From Oopsacas minuta (taxonomy: Eukaryota > Animalia > Porifera): a DNA stretch of 64,000 nucleotides. The notes under the pieces are model-generated. The model saw only the letters and a program-made list of their open reading frames with translations, searched no databases and was not told the origin of the DNA. Position numbers and translations under genes: made by a program. The stretch lies in the NCBI GenBank assembly GCA_024704765.1, contig JAKMXF010000222.1:186001-250000 (forward strand). The letters are read 5' to 3'. The first letter of the stretch is position 1. Each line of letters begins with the position of its first letter. Positions 33,489 to 44,014 of this stretch are shown piece after piece.

Positions 33489-35921
33489 TTATTGACTGGA
33501 AGATTTCGCGTTTTTAGGTGAAGATTCCTTCGATCCTGGTTTAAGGTGAATTATCGTTTCCGGGTAGGTTTGAAGGTATGTGTAATTTTGACCGAAATTC
33601 TGTGGATTTATAAGATTAAACGATGGCATTTGTTCATTTGTCTGCGAAATAGTGCTTGTGTAATTATTCGCAAAAATCGCATTGCCAGGAGTTAATAGCA
33701 TGCTCTGATTAGGGAGAATACAAGTAGGCATCATATCAATTTTGCTGTGTGGTGTTAGAGTATATGAATTTGTTAGCGGAGTATTTTGTATTATTGGTTT
33801 AATATCTAATTCAGTTGAATAGGAAGATTGCGTATTGGGTGAATTCCTAACAGCCAACTCAGGTTTTGGAATGCTCTGTTTCGGAGATCTTTCGCTAAGT
33901 TTCAGCAAATCTTGTTTCAAATACGGTGATTTCTTGGATAAAGATGAAATAGACATTTGAGAAGCGACTGGGATTAGCTCTGGGTTTAGGAGGCTAGGAT
34001 GTGCAGACAATTGTTTAGGGGAATTAATTTTAAAAGTAGGGCTAAGTGATTTAGCGATTGGAATTGGTGTATGTTTTTTCGCATGTTGATCATTAGGTAT
34101 ATCGTGTGTTACAGCTTGTGTCGCGGCATTAGTTACATTAGAATTAGTTTCCTGACTTCCAATACTCATATGCATTTTCCAATTTCCAATTTTTGTGCTT
34201 GTTGTTTTTTGTATAGGAGGTATTGTTGTGCAAATTGTTGTTGTTGATAAAGGAAGTGTCTTGTTTTCTTGTACAAGTTCAGGTTGTGTAAAGTGCTCAT
34301 GGAAAGGCAAAGTAACTTTATACAACTTACTAGTTTTCATTCTTCCCTTAGGCCAAAAGGGTAGAACATAAATATTAAAAAACTGTAAGATAATCTGTTC
34401 ATTTGTGAAATTTTCCTGACACACACCAAATCCATTTTTCTCCAACTCAATCTGAGCTGTAATTGCACTACCGAGTAATTGTTTCAAACCAAAACTCCAC
34501 TTAAACCGTTTCTTGCAAGCATTTTGTTTATCGTCTTGGCTGTCAGTGAAATTCTCATTGATTCTGTCTATATAAGGTTGTATATTTGTCATCAGTGATT
34601 GAAGTGGGGCGCATAGATACGCGTTCTGAATAATCTGCAATATGGTATCAAGGATAAGGTGAAAGGAATGCAGTTTATTCACAAAAAAGTGTTCTAAATA
34701 GTTTTGAATTGCAAGTGTTAGAGCTTGATCTTGTTTACGTTTCAGACAAGCATATATTTTCCCGAGAATCAAACAACGTTGAAATTGACTTTCCTGTGTA
34801 TTCCAGCTAACAGGATTATTCAGTTTAACTTGAATATGACTGAAGAATAGCTGTAGAATTGTGGTTAAGGATTCTGGGATTTGACTGGCGAATTTGTGAA
34901 TGTCATTTTTCTCGTAGAAAGCTGGGGTGAAGCAGTCTTGTGTTAACTCCATTTGAACAAGAAGGCTGGCTTCTGAGAACTTTGTGAGTAAGATGGTATT
35001 CATGTCGATTTGAGAGATTGGGGAAATTTTGAATTGTTTACCAACTTTATCGCCAAATTTTGGCGAAATTTGAGGTGATTTAGAAATGGGTTGAGATGAT
35101 GATTGTGGTTGTAACGTCTTTTTGGATCCTATTGGTGGAATTTCTTTCGGCAAACGTTCAATTTGGCTTGAATTTGAAGGTAAACTTCCGATTTGTATGG
35201 AATTTGACGGCAGCTGTTTTTCAATCGGTCTAGGTAGTGGAGGAATTTGGCTGTATGCTTGAGGTTCAGTTTTGGTATCTTCTGAATACCCTTTTGATGA
35301 TTTGGATCGTTTGAGTACCATTTTTGGATTGAATTTTGTAGAGTCCTTGCGTTTTTTATTCGATTTCCTAGGTGGAGTAATCAGATATCCATCGTGCTCA
35401 ATAATGCAATTTGGTCGTGTTAAATTTTCAGAAGATCCAAGTTGATCATCAGCTGATTTTGACTGTTTACTTTTCACTTTTGGAGAAGGAGGACTCAACA
35501 TTGAATTTTCTTCCGAAGATTCATGCGGTAAATCAGAGTAAGTAACTTTCCCAAAATTGACATAGAAAGTTCCATGTTCTAATTTTGTTTCAAAAGGTGC
35601 TAAATCCTCATGAGCTTCTGAATCATCCACAAATGAATCATCAGTATCATAGCCTTGTGCTACTTCATGGAAATCCTGTTCTCGTATACCTTTATAAGTC
35701 TTACGTGATTGTAATAAGTTCATATGACGTGATATATCAACTTTCCCTTCCGTTTCAGTGGTAGGAAGAGGTTTAGGAGAACCATTTATATTTTCATTGT
35801 TTGTAGGAGTTTTAGCTAATTCTTTGACAATTTTCGCGAAATTTACTCTTGGAAAACCTTCACTGGTCATATGGTCCTTCAAGTCTACTGAAATGTCAAT
35901 AGTTCTATCCAAATCACTCAT
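33489..35921 (-). CDS. UBN: Ubinuclein (HIRA complex)
   Basis: HRD/HUN motif GYDTDDSFVDDSEA...GTFYVNFG; UBN middle domain KKRFKWS...FWPKGRM. Confidence 0.82.
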   Translation of the reverse strand: MSDLDRTIDISVDLKDHMTSEGFPRVNFAKIVKELAKTPTNNENINGSPKPLPTTETEGKVDISRHMNLLQSRKTYKGIREQDFHEVAQGYDTDDSFVDDSEAHEDLAPFETKLEHGTFYVNFGKVTYSDLPHESSEENSMLSPPSPKVKSKQSKSADDQLGSSENLTRPNCIIEHDGYLITPPRKSNKKRKDSTKFNPKMVLKRSKSSKGYSEDTKTEPQAYSQIPPLPRPIEKQLPSNSIQIGSLPSNSSQIERLPKEIPPIGSKKTLQPQSSSQPISKSPQISPKFGDKVGKQFKISPISQIDMNTILLTKFSEASLLVQMELTQDCFTPAFYEKNDIHKFASQIPESLTTILQLFFSHIQVKLNNPVSWNTQESQFQRCLILGKIYACLKRKQDQALTLAIQNYLEHFFVNKLHSFHLILDTILQIIQNAYLCAPLQSLMTNIQPYIDRINENFTDSQDDKQNACKKRFKWSFGLKQLLGSAITAQIELEKNGFGVCQENFTNEQIILQFFNIYVLPFWPKGRMKTSKLYKVTLPFHEHFTQPELVQENKTLPLSTTTICTTIPPIQKTTSTKIGNWKMHMSIGSQETNSNVTNAATQAVTHDIPNDQHAKKHTPIPIAKSLSPTFKINSPKQLSAHPSLLNPELIPVASQMSISSLSKKSPYLKQDLLKLSERSPKQSIPKPELAVRNSPNTQSSYSTELDIKPIIQNTPLTNSYTLTPHSKIDMMPTCILPNQSMLLTPGNAIFANNYTSTISQTNEQMPSFNLINPQNFGQNYTYLQTYPETIIHLKPGSKESSPKNAKSSSQ

Positions 35922-36429
35922 CGTAATTACACTAATACCATAAATACAAATATTTTCAATTGAAATAATAAACGTATAGCTGTGCGTGATGTCATGGACA
36001 TGTAATATATGTAAAGCTCGATATTAGAACAGGCGCGGCAGGTCCGGCAAGCGCCGTACCTCAATATCCGCTCAAGCTGGCAAATTTCCTGTTTTTGAAT
36101 TACTTTTAGTACTAGTGAATTAATTAAATAGAGCAGTTGGGTATTATAACACTATTTACGTGTATAAACCAATTCCCCGCGACACTTAAGAGTACGTATA
36201 GAGATTTGCGTATTCGTAAGGCAATAAAGCAGTAATGTAAAATGTGTTCATATTGATCGTATTTAATTGGTACGTATTACGCTCGAACTGGGCATTTTCG
36301 GGTAAAAAGTGGAAAGTTGGAAAGTTAAAATTATACAGCCATAACTCCTTATACAAACTCAGTAGAACAGAATCAATGAATGCAAATTAGACAATTCCTT
36401 GTTACTCAATTTCGCCAATAATGTGTGAG

Positions 36430-36434
36430 AAAAA
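36430..36434 (-). terminator. T5 run, putative Pol III terminator of unit B
   Basis: A5 on the + strand at the end of the terminal stem. Confidence 0.55.
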
Positions 36435-36462
36435 GGAGGATTGCGTCTATCGCAAGAGGAGT

Positions 36463-36533
36463 TGCTTACCTGGGGATCGAACCCAGATTCTCACATGTGA
36501 AAGGTGTGCGTTATAACCATTAAACTAATAAGC
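36463..36533 (-). tRNA. tRNA-like cloverleaf with Glu(UUC) anticodon, 6-bp acceptor stem, no encoded CCA
   Basis: GCTTAT/GTAAGC acceptor; D arm GTTT-AATGGTTA-TAAC; anticodon arm CACAC-CTTTCAC-ATGTG (C31-A39 mismatch); T arm CTGGG-TTCGATC-CCCAG. A and B boxes intact. Confidence 0.68.
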
Positions 36534-36580
36534 GAAGTAGCGATAGACAATGCCTCCTAAAAATATTGGAATTGGATCTC

Positions 36581-36588
36581 CTTATATA
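36581..36588 (-). promoter_or_regulatory. TATA box (TATATAAG) upstream of unit B
   Basis: 22 nt upstream of the AGGAGG 5' end, matching unit A. Confidence 0.55.
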
Positions 36589-37746
36589 TAGCAATGGTTC
36601 ACTTTTATTTCTCTTTTGGTTGGATAATAAAACTCAAAGATAGTTGTATCCGGAGCTCATGTTACAGTGGGCACTACGGGGCGCTGATTCTAAATATGTA
36701 CTTAAGACACGTATACCCCCGAACGATATATCTGGTATATGTCATAATACGTAGACTTGAACTTATAGAAAAGTTCAAGCCTAAGTGTGTTATTATTTGT
36801 ATATGTAGTAATGAAAAAGCAAATTTATTTTCTGTGTGCTGCCTGATTGCAACAATGCAATGATTAGGAATTATGAGGTCAAGTCTATAGCTCTATACTG
36901 AGAATAGCAATTTTTGTATAAACTATAAAAAGCTTGGAAAATGAGGCTCTATATTTTACGGAACGACGGAAAGCACAACTTTCGCCTAGGCAGCATTACT
37001 TTTCAAACGAATTATTAGCTAAAATATTACAATAACAGGGCTCTCAACCTGAAAACTTTCGATATTCTGATATTCGTGAATATTCTTTGTTGTTCACCTC
37101 ATTTATCTACATAAAATATTTTGCGCTTTCGAGCTTTCAAGGGCGAATTATAAAATATTGGGATTGATGGCACGATTTTTATCGAATTAATTGACAATCA
37201 AGCGTTACTTGCTGTAATTATGTATTTTACTATATGATTAGAAGTGAGGGTGGAAATCTGCCTTGGATTATTGTCTAACTTGGTCGGCTTGATGCCGCAA
37301 TTCAGAGACCCCTTGTTCAAATGGAAGTTTGACCAATTTGCTCTATTTAACCCCTACTCAAACGCTGCGTGTGTGCTCAGCAATTTTACATTCCTCGCAT
37401 AGGTATGCTCACTTAACCCAATGAGCAGCCGTACTCTCTTCATTCTGCATTCGCACTCGACTTTTCAATACAGAATTATCCATTATAATATGTAATATTG
37501 GTGTTCAAGGAGCAGCCCTTCTTGAATGTTAGCACTTTCATGTGAAGAGTACCAGAAACTAAGCAAATTTTGGTGGCACACAAATGTACGGCGGCACACC
37601 GGTTGATGACATCGCATTATCATGTATGACTATTTCATATACACATAGTTTTCAAAATATTCGGCAAAAATTGAGACATGTTTCTGCTAAACTGTATAAT
37701 TACTAAATATATTATGAGTATTTAGATTTACTTCAAGACGAGAAAG

Positions 37747-40700
37747 ATGGCTCAAAATCAAGCCTTACAAAACTCCGTCAAAGTTGGAGTAAATCCGAAA
37801 GAATTTATTGAATCTCTCCAACAAGATTTGAGAAATCTGAGCGTAGAAGCTAAAAAGAAATACCCAAACCTACGCGAACCATTAGAACGGGGTATAATGC
37901 AGTTACATGAGATATCAATACCTACCGAATCATTTGATGCTCTCAAAGATCATGTAGCCGAAATTGTCATTGCATCGATTATGGGTATATTTGATACAAA
38001 GGTCACTCGTTTGGTTTATCTAGGTCTCCAGTGTATTCAGAGGTTACTCACTGCCAATTCGGTCAATAAACAATCTCTCCAGCGTTTGACAGCTCTTCTG
38101 GCAGAACTAGCTATAACTGGACCGGAAGAAGTCAAAGTTATACAAACTCTACTCCAAATGGTTTCCACAGATTTGCGGTCAATACAAGGTTCGCTCCTTT
38201 CCAAATCACTACGTATAACAATCCTACTTCTTTCCAACAAGGATCCTATAGTATCGAACACAGCATCAACTGCTCTACGGCAAATCGTATTGACTGTATT
38301 TGAATGGGCTTCTACGGAGGATATGAAGGATATTTCACCCAAGGTAAGTTCTGATATCAAACCACGTACTACACCAACTCCTGGTATAAATGTGCTACCA
38401 CAGTTAACTCCACACGCACAAGACGCTCACTCCCTGTTCAGGGATTTATGTCAACTTACTTCAGGTGACCCTCCATTCTGGTTAGACCGTGATTTGAGTT
38501 TGAATAAAGAATTAGGACTAGAATTGATAGAAAGTGTTCTGCTTAGTCATAAGAGCCTATTCTTTCTGCATTCCGAGTTTAGCTGGTTGCTAACAGAGTG
38601 TGCATCTCCATTATTAATAAAATTATTCTCTCTAGTCGTAACTACACCCAAAATACAATCTTCTGGGTTATTAGCAATGACGTCAGTACTTCAGTCTGGA
38701 ACTGGACACGACATGAAAGCACTCAGTTTCTCCATTTACGTTCGGTTATTCCGCCTACTCCATATTCTAGTGAATACGTATCATCCTCTGCTGATGATGG
38801 AATGTGAAATTTTCTTTTCACTATTACAAAGGTTTATCGAGCAAAATTCACAATTATGGCAGACATCACTAGCATTGGAAGTAGTGAGAAGGTTTTGTAT
38901 TAAATCGGAATTGTTAGTTGCCTTGTGTAAGTATTACGATATGCAGCCGAAAAGCGCACAGGTTTTCGGCAACTTAATCGCCAGCATGTCACACTCTTTT
39001 GAGACAATGGTTCGGGAAGTTGTACAACAAGGAGGTAGTGGTCAGTTAGAATCTATAGGACAGATCAATAAGATTCCCTTACTTGGTTCAAATAAACAAT
39101 CACTACTGGAAATGATGGATAAACCAGATCCACCACATTTAAGTGAATCATATGGTTGTGCTGTTTGCTTGTCAGCGTTTGACCAGCTGATACGTAGCTT
39201 CGGGGGTTTATACGGTGAGGAATTAAACGCGAAAAAATCCGCGAATAGCTTAGAATCTCACGAGCATGTTACAAATAACGAACACACTAGAAAAGACGCG
39301 AATATAATCTCAGTGCTTACAGCAATGATAACTGCTACTTGGTTTCCAATACTGAACTCATTTAACTTAGTTATAGATCAGTTTATCGAAGAAGGCACTA
39401 TTGAATCTGTTCTTCAGTGTAAACAAACGTTTATATACCTAACAGCTTCATTACCGTTAGAAAAACCAAGGAATTATTTCGTGTTGTCTCACTGTAACTG
39501 GTCTCTACCACCTGGAGTACCTAAACTACCTTTAACAACCGAAATTACGAACTTAGCGACAAAACTGCGCGAATTCAGACATAACACAGATGAGAACCTA
39601 TTTATACCCCAGGTATCTGCCCAAAGGAAGCATTTACAGTGTCTACGTAGTCTCTTAACGTTAGCACATGTCCATGGTTCTGTATTGGGATTAGCATGGT
39701 ATCCAATTCTGTGTACCCTACAGGAAGTTTATTATTATTATAATTTAGAAGCTTACGCCTCAGCATTTTCTAGAAAAGAGCAATTACAACCTCAGATTGT
39801 ACCGCACTTCACTACTACAACTTTACGGGAGGATTTTATAGTACTACAACAGTTGATGTTGAAATTGTTTGACAGTTCGCAGTTCTTGAATGATCAAGCT
39901 TTGACCTGTTTACTTCAAGCCTTGTGTAGATTATGCACTGAATCCTTGGTCCATATCCATGTAATACCAAGCAGTCAGAATGAAAACCCGCGTTTGTTTT
40001 GTATAACCAAAATACAACAGGTCTGTTCTGCGAATTTATTCCGCTCGAATTTATTTTGGGAGAATTTAAGCGGGCATCTTCTGACAGCTTGTCAATCACC
40101 TAACCAGCTGATAGCCTCAGCAGCTGGTGAATCATTCATCGAATTAATCAGAAACGCTATAGAATTCAGTCACCATCCTGCTTTAGACGAACAAAAAGAA
40201 CTACAACGAACATTCATGCAATCATTTCTAGAACTATCCCTGGTCCAAAATGACAGACATTTCAGTCTACAGTTATCATCACTGAACGTAATCCTACAGC
40301 AGAGCATAACATACGTGAATTTCTCATGGGATATAATACTATCTATTTTAACCTATGCTGCTAGCACGAGCTCGACTGCAATTGTTAAATTAGGTTACCG
40401 TAACTTGCAGTATATTATAGCGGATTGTTTACCAGTTATTACGGTGGAATATCATACAGTAGTGATACTAACTACTGCTATGTATGGACGGCAAGAAGTA
40501 GAGATAAACACTTCATTCTCAGCTGTTGGTCAGCTGTGGAATCTTGCTGACTACTTCTTTCAGGATTGGAAACGTATACAAAGCGCGGATCATACAAATT
40601 CTTTTGAAAAAAATGCGTTTCTTAATAACTCCACCGACACGATATCAACCCCTATAATGAGATTCCTACAGAACAATAAACTTGTACAAATAGGCACAAA

Positions 40701-42759
40701 TTCTGCATTATCATGGGGAGATAACCTATGGATGACATTATTCCTATCTCTAGGACAATTATGTGTAGATGACAGAGGCACTGTACGTAGAAGCGCGGCT
40801 CAGTCATTATTCGCGACCTTAGAAACACACGGGGAGCTACTGAGTAAACCTGAATCTTGGAGTCATGTATTCTGGGAGTTGATCTTCCCTCTAGTTGATG
40901 AAATGAAGCTGGCTATAGAGACTGCTAGAACAACACCAGAATACGAATCTACTGTTATAATACATCATCATAGTAGGGATACAGCTCACAAGCAATGGGC
41001 AGAGACTCTTGCACTAGTTGGTATGCAGCTGGGTCGGTTAATCAAGGCCAGATGGGGAACTTTAGTATATCTGACAGATTTCGCGAAAATATGGACGGCT
41101 TATCTTGGCTTTGTTGAGTTCTGTTGTTTGAAATTCACACCCGAGGTAGCATTTCAAACGTTACAAAGTTTTCGTGATATTTTATTGAACGGTGTTAACT
41201 ATGATGAATCTAGCCAATCTATACACCTCTCCTCACAACATTTAGATGTCCGTTTGGATGAGGCTTATACGCAAGCCTGGTCAACTTGGATTCAACTCGC
41301 GAAAACTAAAATACCATCTATGCTTAAGGATATTGAAATTGCGACTGATAGAGCTATGTTACCGGAAATGTCCCATTTCCATGCTGTAGTTATAAATCTC
41401 GTCAAGTTAGGCCCTGCATTATTTATCCATGTAAAATCATCTTTACAAGTCTCACATATTTCTCAGCTATTCCAGCTGATTAGAACCTGTGTCCAGTGTC
41501 CAGTGGAGCGTGACGTATCACCTTTCCTTGTCCCTTCACCCACAGAAGATATCATTGCTCATTTACATGAATGCATTCTACATACAATCCATATTATCTT
41601 AATCGAAAAACTAACTACACAATCTATTCTGTGTTTTGAAGCTACAAGCCTTATGAGTCGTAAAACTGATTGGGAGGATAGTTTGTTGAATATTACTATC
41701 TCGAATGAATTTAAGCTATATATTCCTCTAATTTTGAAAGAATTATTCTTCTATTGCACTCTCATACATCAACCATTAGCTATACAAATTCCATCAGATC
41801 TTAAGTCCTATTTCATGGATGTAAATTATTACCCATTTTTCAAGGTTTGCTTGAGATTTCTGAAGGTATTACTGCCTCTATCTCTTGCTACTTCCATGGC
41901 TTATTCCGTATTTATTCCAGAATGTATGCCGAGCTTGGAAAAATTAATTCCCTTGAGATATCAATTATACACAAATTCAATGGAGAACTGGGAGAATATG
42001 ACCGATATGCTATTACTATTCTTCAAATGTTGTGTCCAGTATTCATTGGAACTCAATGAAACGCTCAAATCAACAAAAACGAGCATAAATCTTTCGCTCC
42101 TAGAATTATTCTCGCTTATAGAAAGTACAATATTTGAAATTACTCCAATCGACTCAACAAAGCAATATGTGTTAGACAGCCAGCGAAAAAGTATTCAGAT
42201 TATAGATCTACTGTTACGTAACTTTGAAAATAAACTACAAGAATTGCCATTTGACGTTTCTAATGCTTACCTCAACCTGTTGATAAAAGGTGCATTTCTT
42301 TTCCAAGAACTCGAATTCGAAATTGAACGAGAATTGTCCTATTCATGTTTAGATGCGTTTCTAGCTAGCACGCTCAAAGCCCAACCTGGCACATTTTCTA
42401 ATCGAACGTTTAAAAACTTAATTGACATTTCGATTGGAAAACTTTCATTATTTCCTAAGGAAAATATTGAATCCGAAGAGCCTTTGGTAAGTGAACAGGA
42501 AATGGTTTTAATCCTACAATTAATATGTCGTACTATTCAATCTGTCAACGAGCTACTTTCTCGTAACAAATCGAAACAGGATCAGAATTCCAAAGCCATC
42601 GTAGCGTTGTTAAGCAGAATATACATACCTTTAACAGACTGTTGTACTGTATCTTCGCTAAAAGTTAGAGAAACTCTCAAAATTACTCTCCAACAACTCG
42701 CCTCATGGATTATATTTTCAGGTACAAATTCTTATCTCTCTATTTCGTCCCAAGATTAG
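37747..42759 (+). CDS. MON2: MON2 (Arf-GEF-like Golgi/endosome scaffold), intronless
   Basis: LQQDLRNLSVEAKKKYP, DCB/HUS domains, LGLELIESVL, LCVDDRGTVRRSAAQSLF, HHSRDTAHKQWAET. Confidence 0.95.
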   Translation: MAQNQALQNSVKVGVNPKEFIESLQQDLRNLSVEAKKKYPNLREPLERGIMQLHEISIPTESFDALKDHVAEIVIASIMGIFDTKVTRLVYLGLQCIQRLLTANSVNKQSLQRLTALLAELAITGPEEVKVIQTLLQMVSTDLRSIQGSLLSKSLRITILLLSNKDPIVSNTASTALRQIVLTVFEWASTEDMKDISPKVSSDIKPRTTPTPGINVLPQLTPHAQDAHSLFRDLCQLTSGDPPFWLDRDLSLNKELGLELIESVLLSHKSLFFLHSEFSWLLTECASPLLIKLFSLVVTTPKIQSSGLLAMTSVLQSGTGHDMKALSFSIYVRLFRLLHILVNTYHPLLMMECEIFFSLLQRFIEQNSQLWQTSLALEVVRRFCIKSELLVALCKYYDMQPKSAQVFGNLIASMSHSFETMVREVVQQGGSGQLESIGQINKIPLLGSNKQSLLEMMDKPDPPHLSESYGCAVCLSAFDQLIRSFGGLYGEELNAKKSANSLESHEHVTNNEHTRKDANIISVLTAMITATWFPILNSFNLVIDQFIEEGTIESVLQCKQTFIYLTASLPLEKPRNYFVLSHCNWSLPPGVPKLPLTTEITNLATKLREFRHNTDENLFIPQVSAQRKHLQCLRSLLTLAHVHGSVLGLAWYPILCTLQEVYYYYNLEAYASAFSRKEQLQPQIVPHFTTTTLREDFIVLQQLMLKLFDSSQFLNDQALTCLLQALCRLCTESLVHIHVIPSSQNENPRLFCITKIQQVCSANLFRSNLFWENLSGHLLTACQSPNQLIASAAGESFIELIRNAIEFSHHPALDEQKELQRTFMQSFLELSLVQNDRHFSLQLSSLNVILQQSITYVNFSWDIILSILTYAASTSSTAIVKLGYRNLQYIIADCLPVITVEYHTVVILTTAMYGRQEVEINTSFSAVGQLWNLADYFFQDWKRIQSADHTNSFEKNAFLNNSTDTISTPIMRFLQNNKLVQIGTNSALSWGDNLWMTLFLSLGQLCVDDRGTVRRSAAQSLFATLETHGELLSKPESWSHVFWELIFPLVDEMKLAIETARTTPEYESTVIIHHHSRDTAHKQWAETLALVGMQLGRLIKARWGTLVYLTDFAKIWTAYLGFVEFCCLKFTPEVAFQTLQSFRDILLNGVNYDESSQSIHLSSQHLDVRLDEAYTQAWSTWIQLAKTKIPSMLKDIEIATDRAMLPEMSHFHAVVINLVKLGPALFIHVKSSLQVSHISQLFQLIRTCVQCPVERDVSPFLVPSPTEDIIAHLHECILHTIHIILIEKLTTQSILCFEATSLMSRKTDWEDSLLNITISNEFKLYIPLILKELFFYCTLIHQPLAIQIPSDLKSYFMDVNYYPFFKVCLRFLKVLLPLSLATSMAYSVFIPECMPSLEKLIPLRYQLYTNSMENWENMTDMLLLFFKCCVQYSLELNETLKSTKTSINLSLLELFSLIESTIFEITPIDSTKQYVLDSQRKSIQIIDLLLRNFENKLQELPFDVSNAYLNLLIKGAFLFQELEFEIERELSYSCLDAFLASTLKAQPGTFSNRTFKNLIDISIGKLSLFPKENIESEEPLVSEQEMVLILQLICRTIQSVNELLSRNKSKQDQNSKAIVALLSRIYIPLTDCCTVSSLKVRETLKITLQQLASWIIFSGTNSYLSISSQD

Positions 42760-42997
42760 GCAAGTTGTTTACTGCAGCGTTATAGTAGATGTTTAAATTT
42801 GGGTGTATTGTGCATTGTTGTTTTGCAGTAAGATTGTAATTCTCTTAATTAGTAAGATTCGTTTTACAGTATGCTAAATCGATACTTTACTCGCCAACAA
42901 TGCGAAATATGGAAGCATGGACAATGCTCTATTTCTCTGAAAAAATTGTTATTTGCATTGTTTTTTAACAAAATATTTACTATAAAATGTGTCTATA

Positions 42998-43178
42998 CAG
43001 TCAATTCCTGTTATATCTAACACGGATATACCGAAATACCCGCTTATATCTAAGTCTAAAATTGTGCAAATATGGCCTCAGTTCGTCAAAACAGAAATTT
43101 CATCGAGTATATAGAACTCAGCTTATATCTAAGTAATTATCGCGGTCCCTTGAGCTTCGATATAACAGGAGTTGACTG
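42998..43178. mobile_element. MITE family A copy 4 (inverted relative to copy 1)
   Basis: TA-CAGTCAATTCCTGTTATATC ... GATATAACAGGAGTTGACTG; interior is the reverse complement of copy 1. Confidence 0.85.
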
Positions 43179-43216
43179 CAATTATTGTTGGAATATTAGC
43201 TCATTTCCGGGAAGAA

Positions 43217-43864
43217 ATGAAAGAAGTATTTGTAACTCTCTATCTACTCAGTTCCTGTATATATTTCAAAGATTTTCCAAAAACACCACTATTCATCTAC
43301 AAGCTTTTACCAATAATACTCCTGCTTTTTAATACATTTATTAATGCATATTCATCATCATTTCCATCGCACCTTTTAATCTTATTACTAGCTCAATTTT
43401 TCTCCCTATTAGGAGATACCTTATTATTATTCCCCGCCCAATATTTTCTCCATGGAATAGGTGCATTCCTTATGACACAGATTTTATATACATATCTGTT
43501 TGGTGTTGATTTGTGTTATATAAATACTTTCACTTTAGTTGGTTGTTTATCCACGATTCTTTTCACTACAATTCTATATCCAAATCTACCTAACAGCAAT
43601 ATATTATTCATAGCAGTTTTGGTGTATTGTATTTTCATAAGTATAATGCTTGCCAGTGCAACTACACTGTTAGGAAGACAGGGATTTGGTTTAGCATCTG
43701 TATTCGCGTTTTTTGGAGCTGTCTTATTCTACATTTCTGATTTCAGTCTGGCATTCAATAAGTGGGTTGTAAAATTAGAGTTTTTTCAATTCGTAACTAT
43801 GTCTACGTATTATGTAGCTCAATTGTTGATTTCTCTTGCGATTGTTCGTTTAGATCTAGAATAA
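43217..43864 (+). CDS. TMEM86: Lysoplasmalogenase, YhhN/TMEM86 family
   Basis: FSLLGDTLL, FLHGIGAFLMTQILY, GAVLFYISDFSLAFNKW, MSTYYVAQLLI. The ORF-track TTG start at 43172 lies inside the MITE; first ATG is 43217. Confidence 0.88.
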   Translation: MKEVFVTLYLLSSCIYFKDFPKTPLFIYKLLPIILLLFNTFINAYSSSFPSHLLILLLAQFFSLLGDTLLLFPAQYFLHGIGAFLMTQILYTYLFGVDLCYINTFTLVGCLSTILFTTILYPNLPNSNILFIAVLVYCIFISIMLASATTLLGRQGFGLASVFAFFGAVLFYISDFSLAFNKWVVKLEFFQFVTMSTYYVAQLLISLAIVRLDLE

Positions 43865-44014
43865 AGTTTGTATTTGTATATATAAGTAAATTTATTCTGT
43901 AATCGGAATGGGTTATGTGTATTGTTTTAAATATTCTTTATACACGTATTATAACATTTTATTATTGATATTACATTGTAACCTCCACAAACCCGGTACC
44001 AGGGAAGCAGAAAA

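Larger units (their letters stand above)
36430..36558 (-). ncRNA. Putative Pol III 'framed tRNA' RNA, unit B
   Basis: Minus strand: AGGAGG-CATT-GTCTATCGC-TACTTC-[tRNA]-A-ACTCCTCTT-GCGATAGAC-GCAAT-CCTCCT-TTTT. Same frame as unit A with compensatory changes. Confidence 0.7.

Noticed and set aside
36594-36863. 89-aa ORF next to unit B
   Set aside because: No homology cues; overlaps the TATA region of unit B and transposon-like debris.
37030-37620. hAT/piggyBac-like ends (CAGGGCTCTCAA, TTAACCC, GCGGCACACCGGTTGA)
   Set aside because: Fragments without convincing paired TIRs or TSDs; element boundaries cannot be supported.
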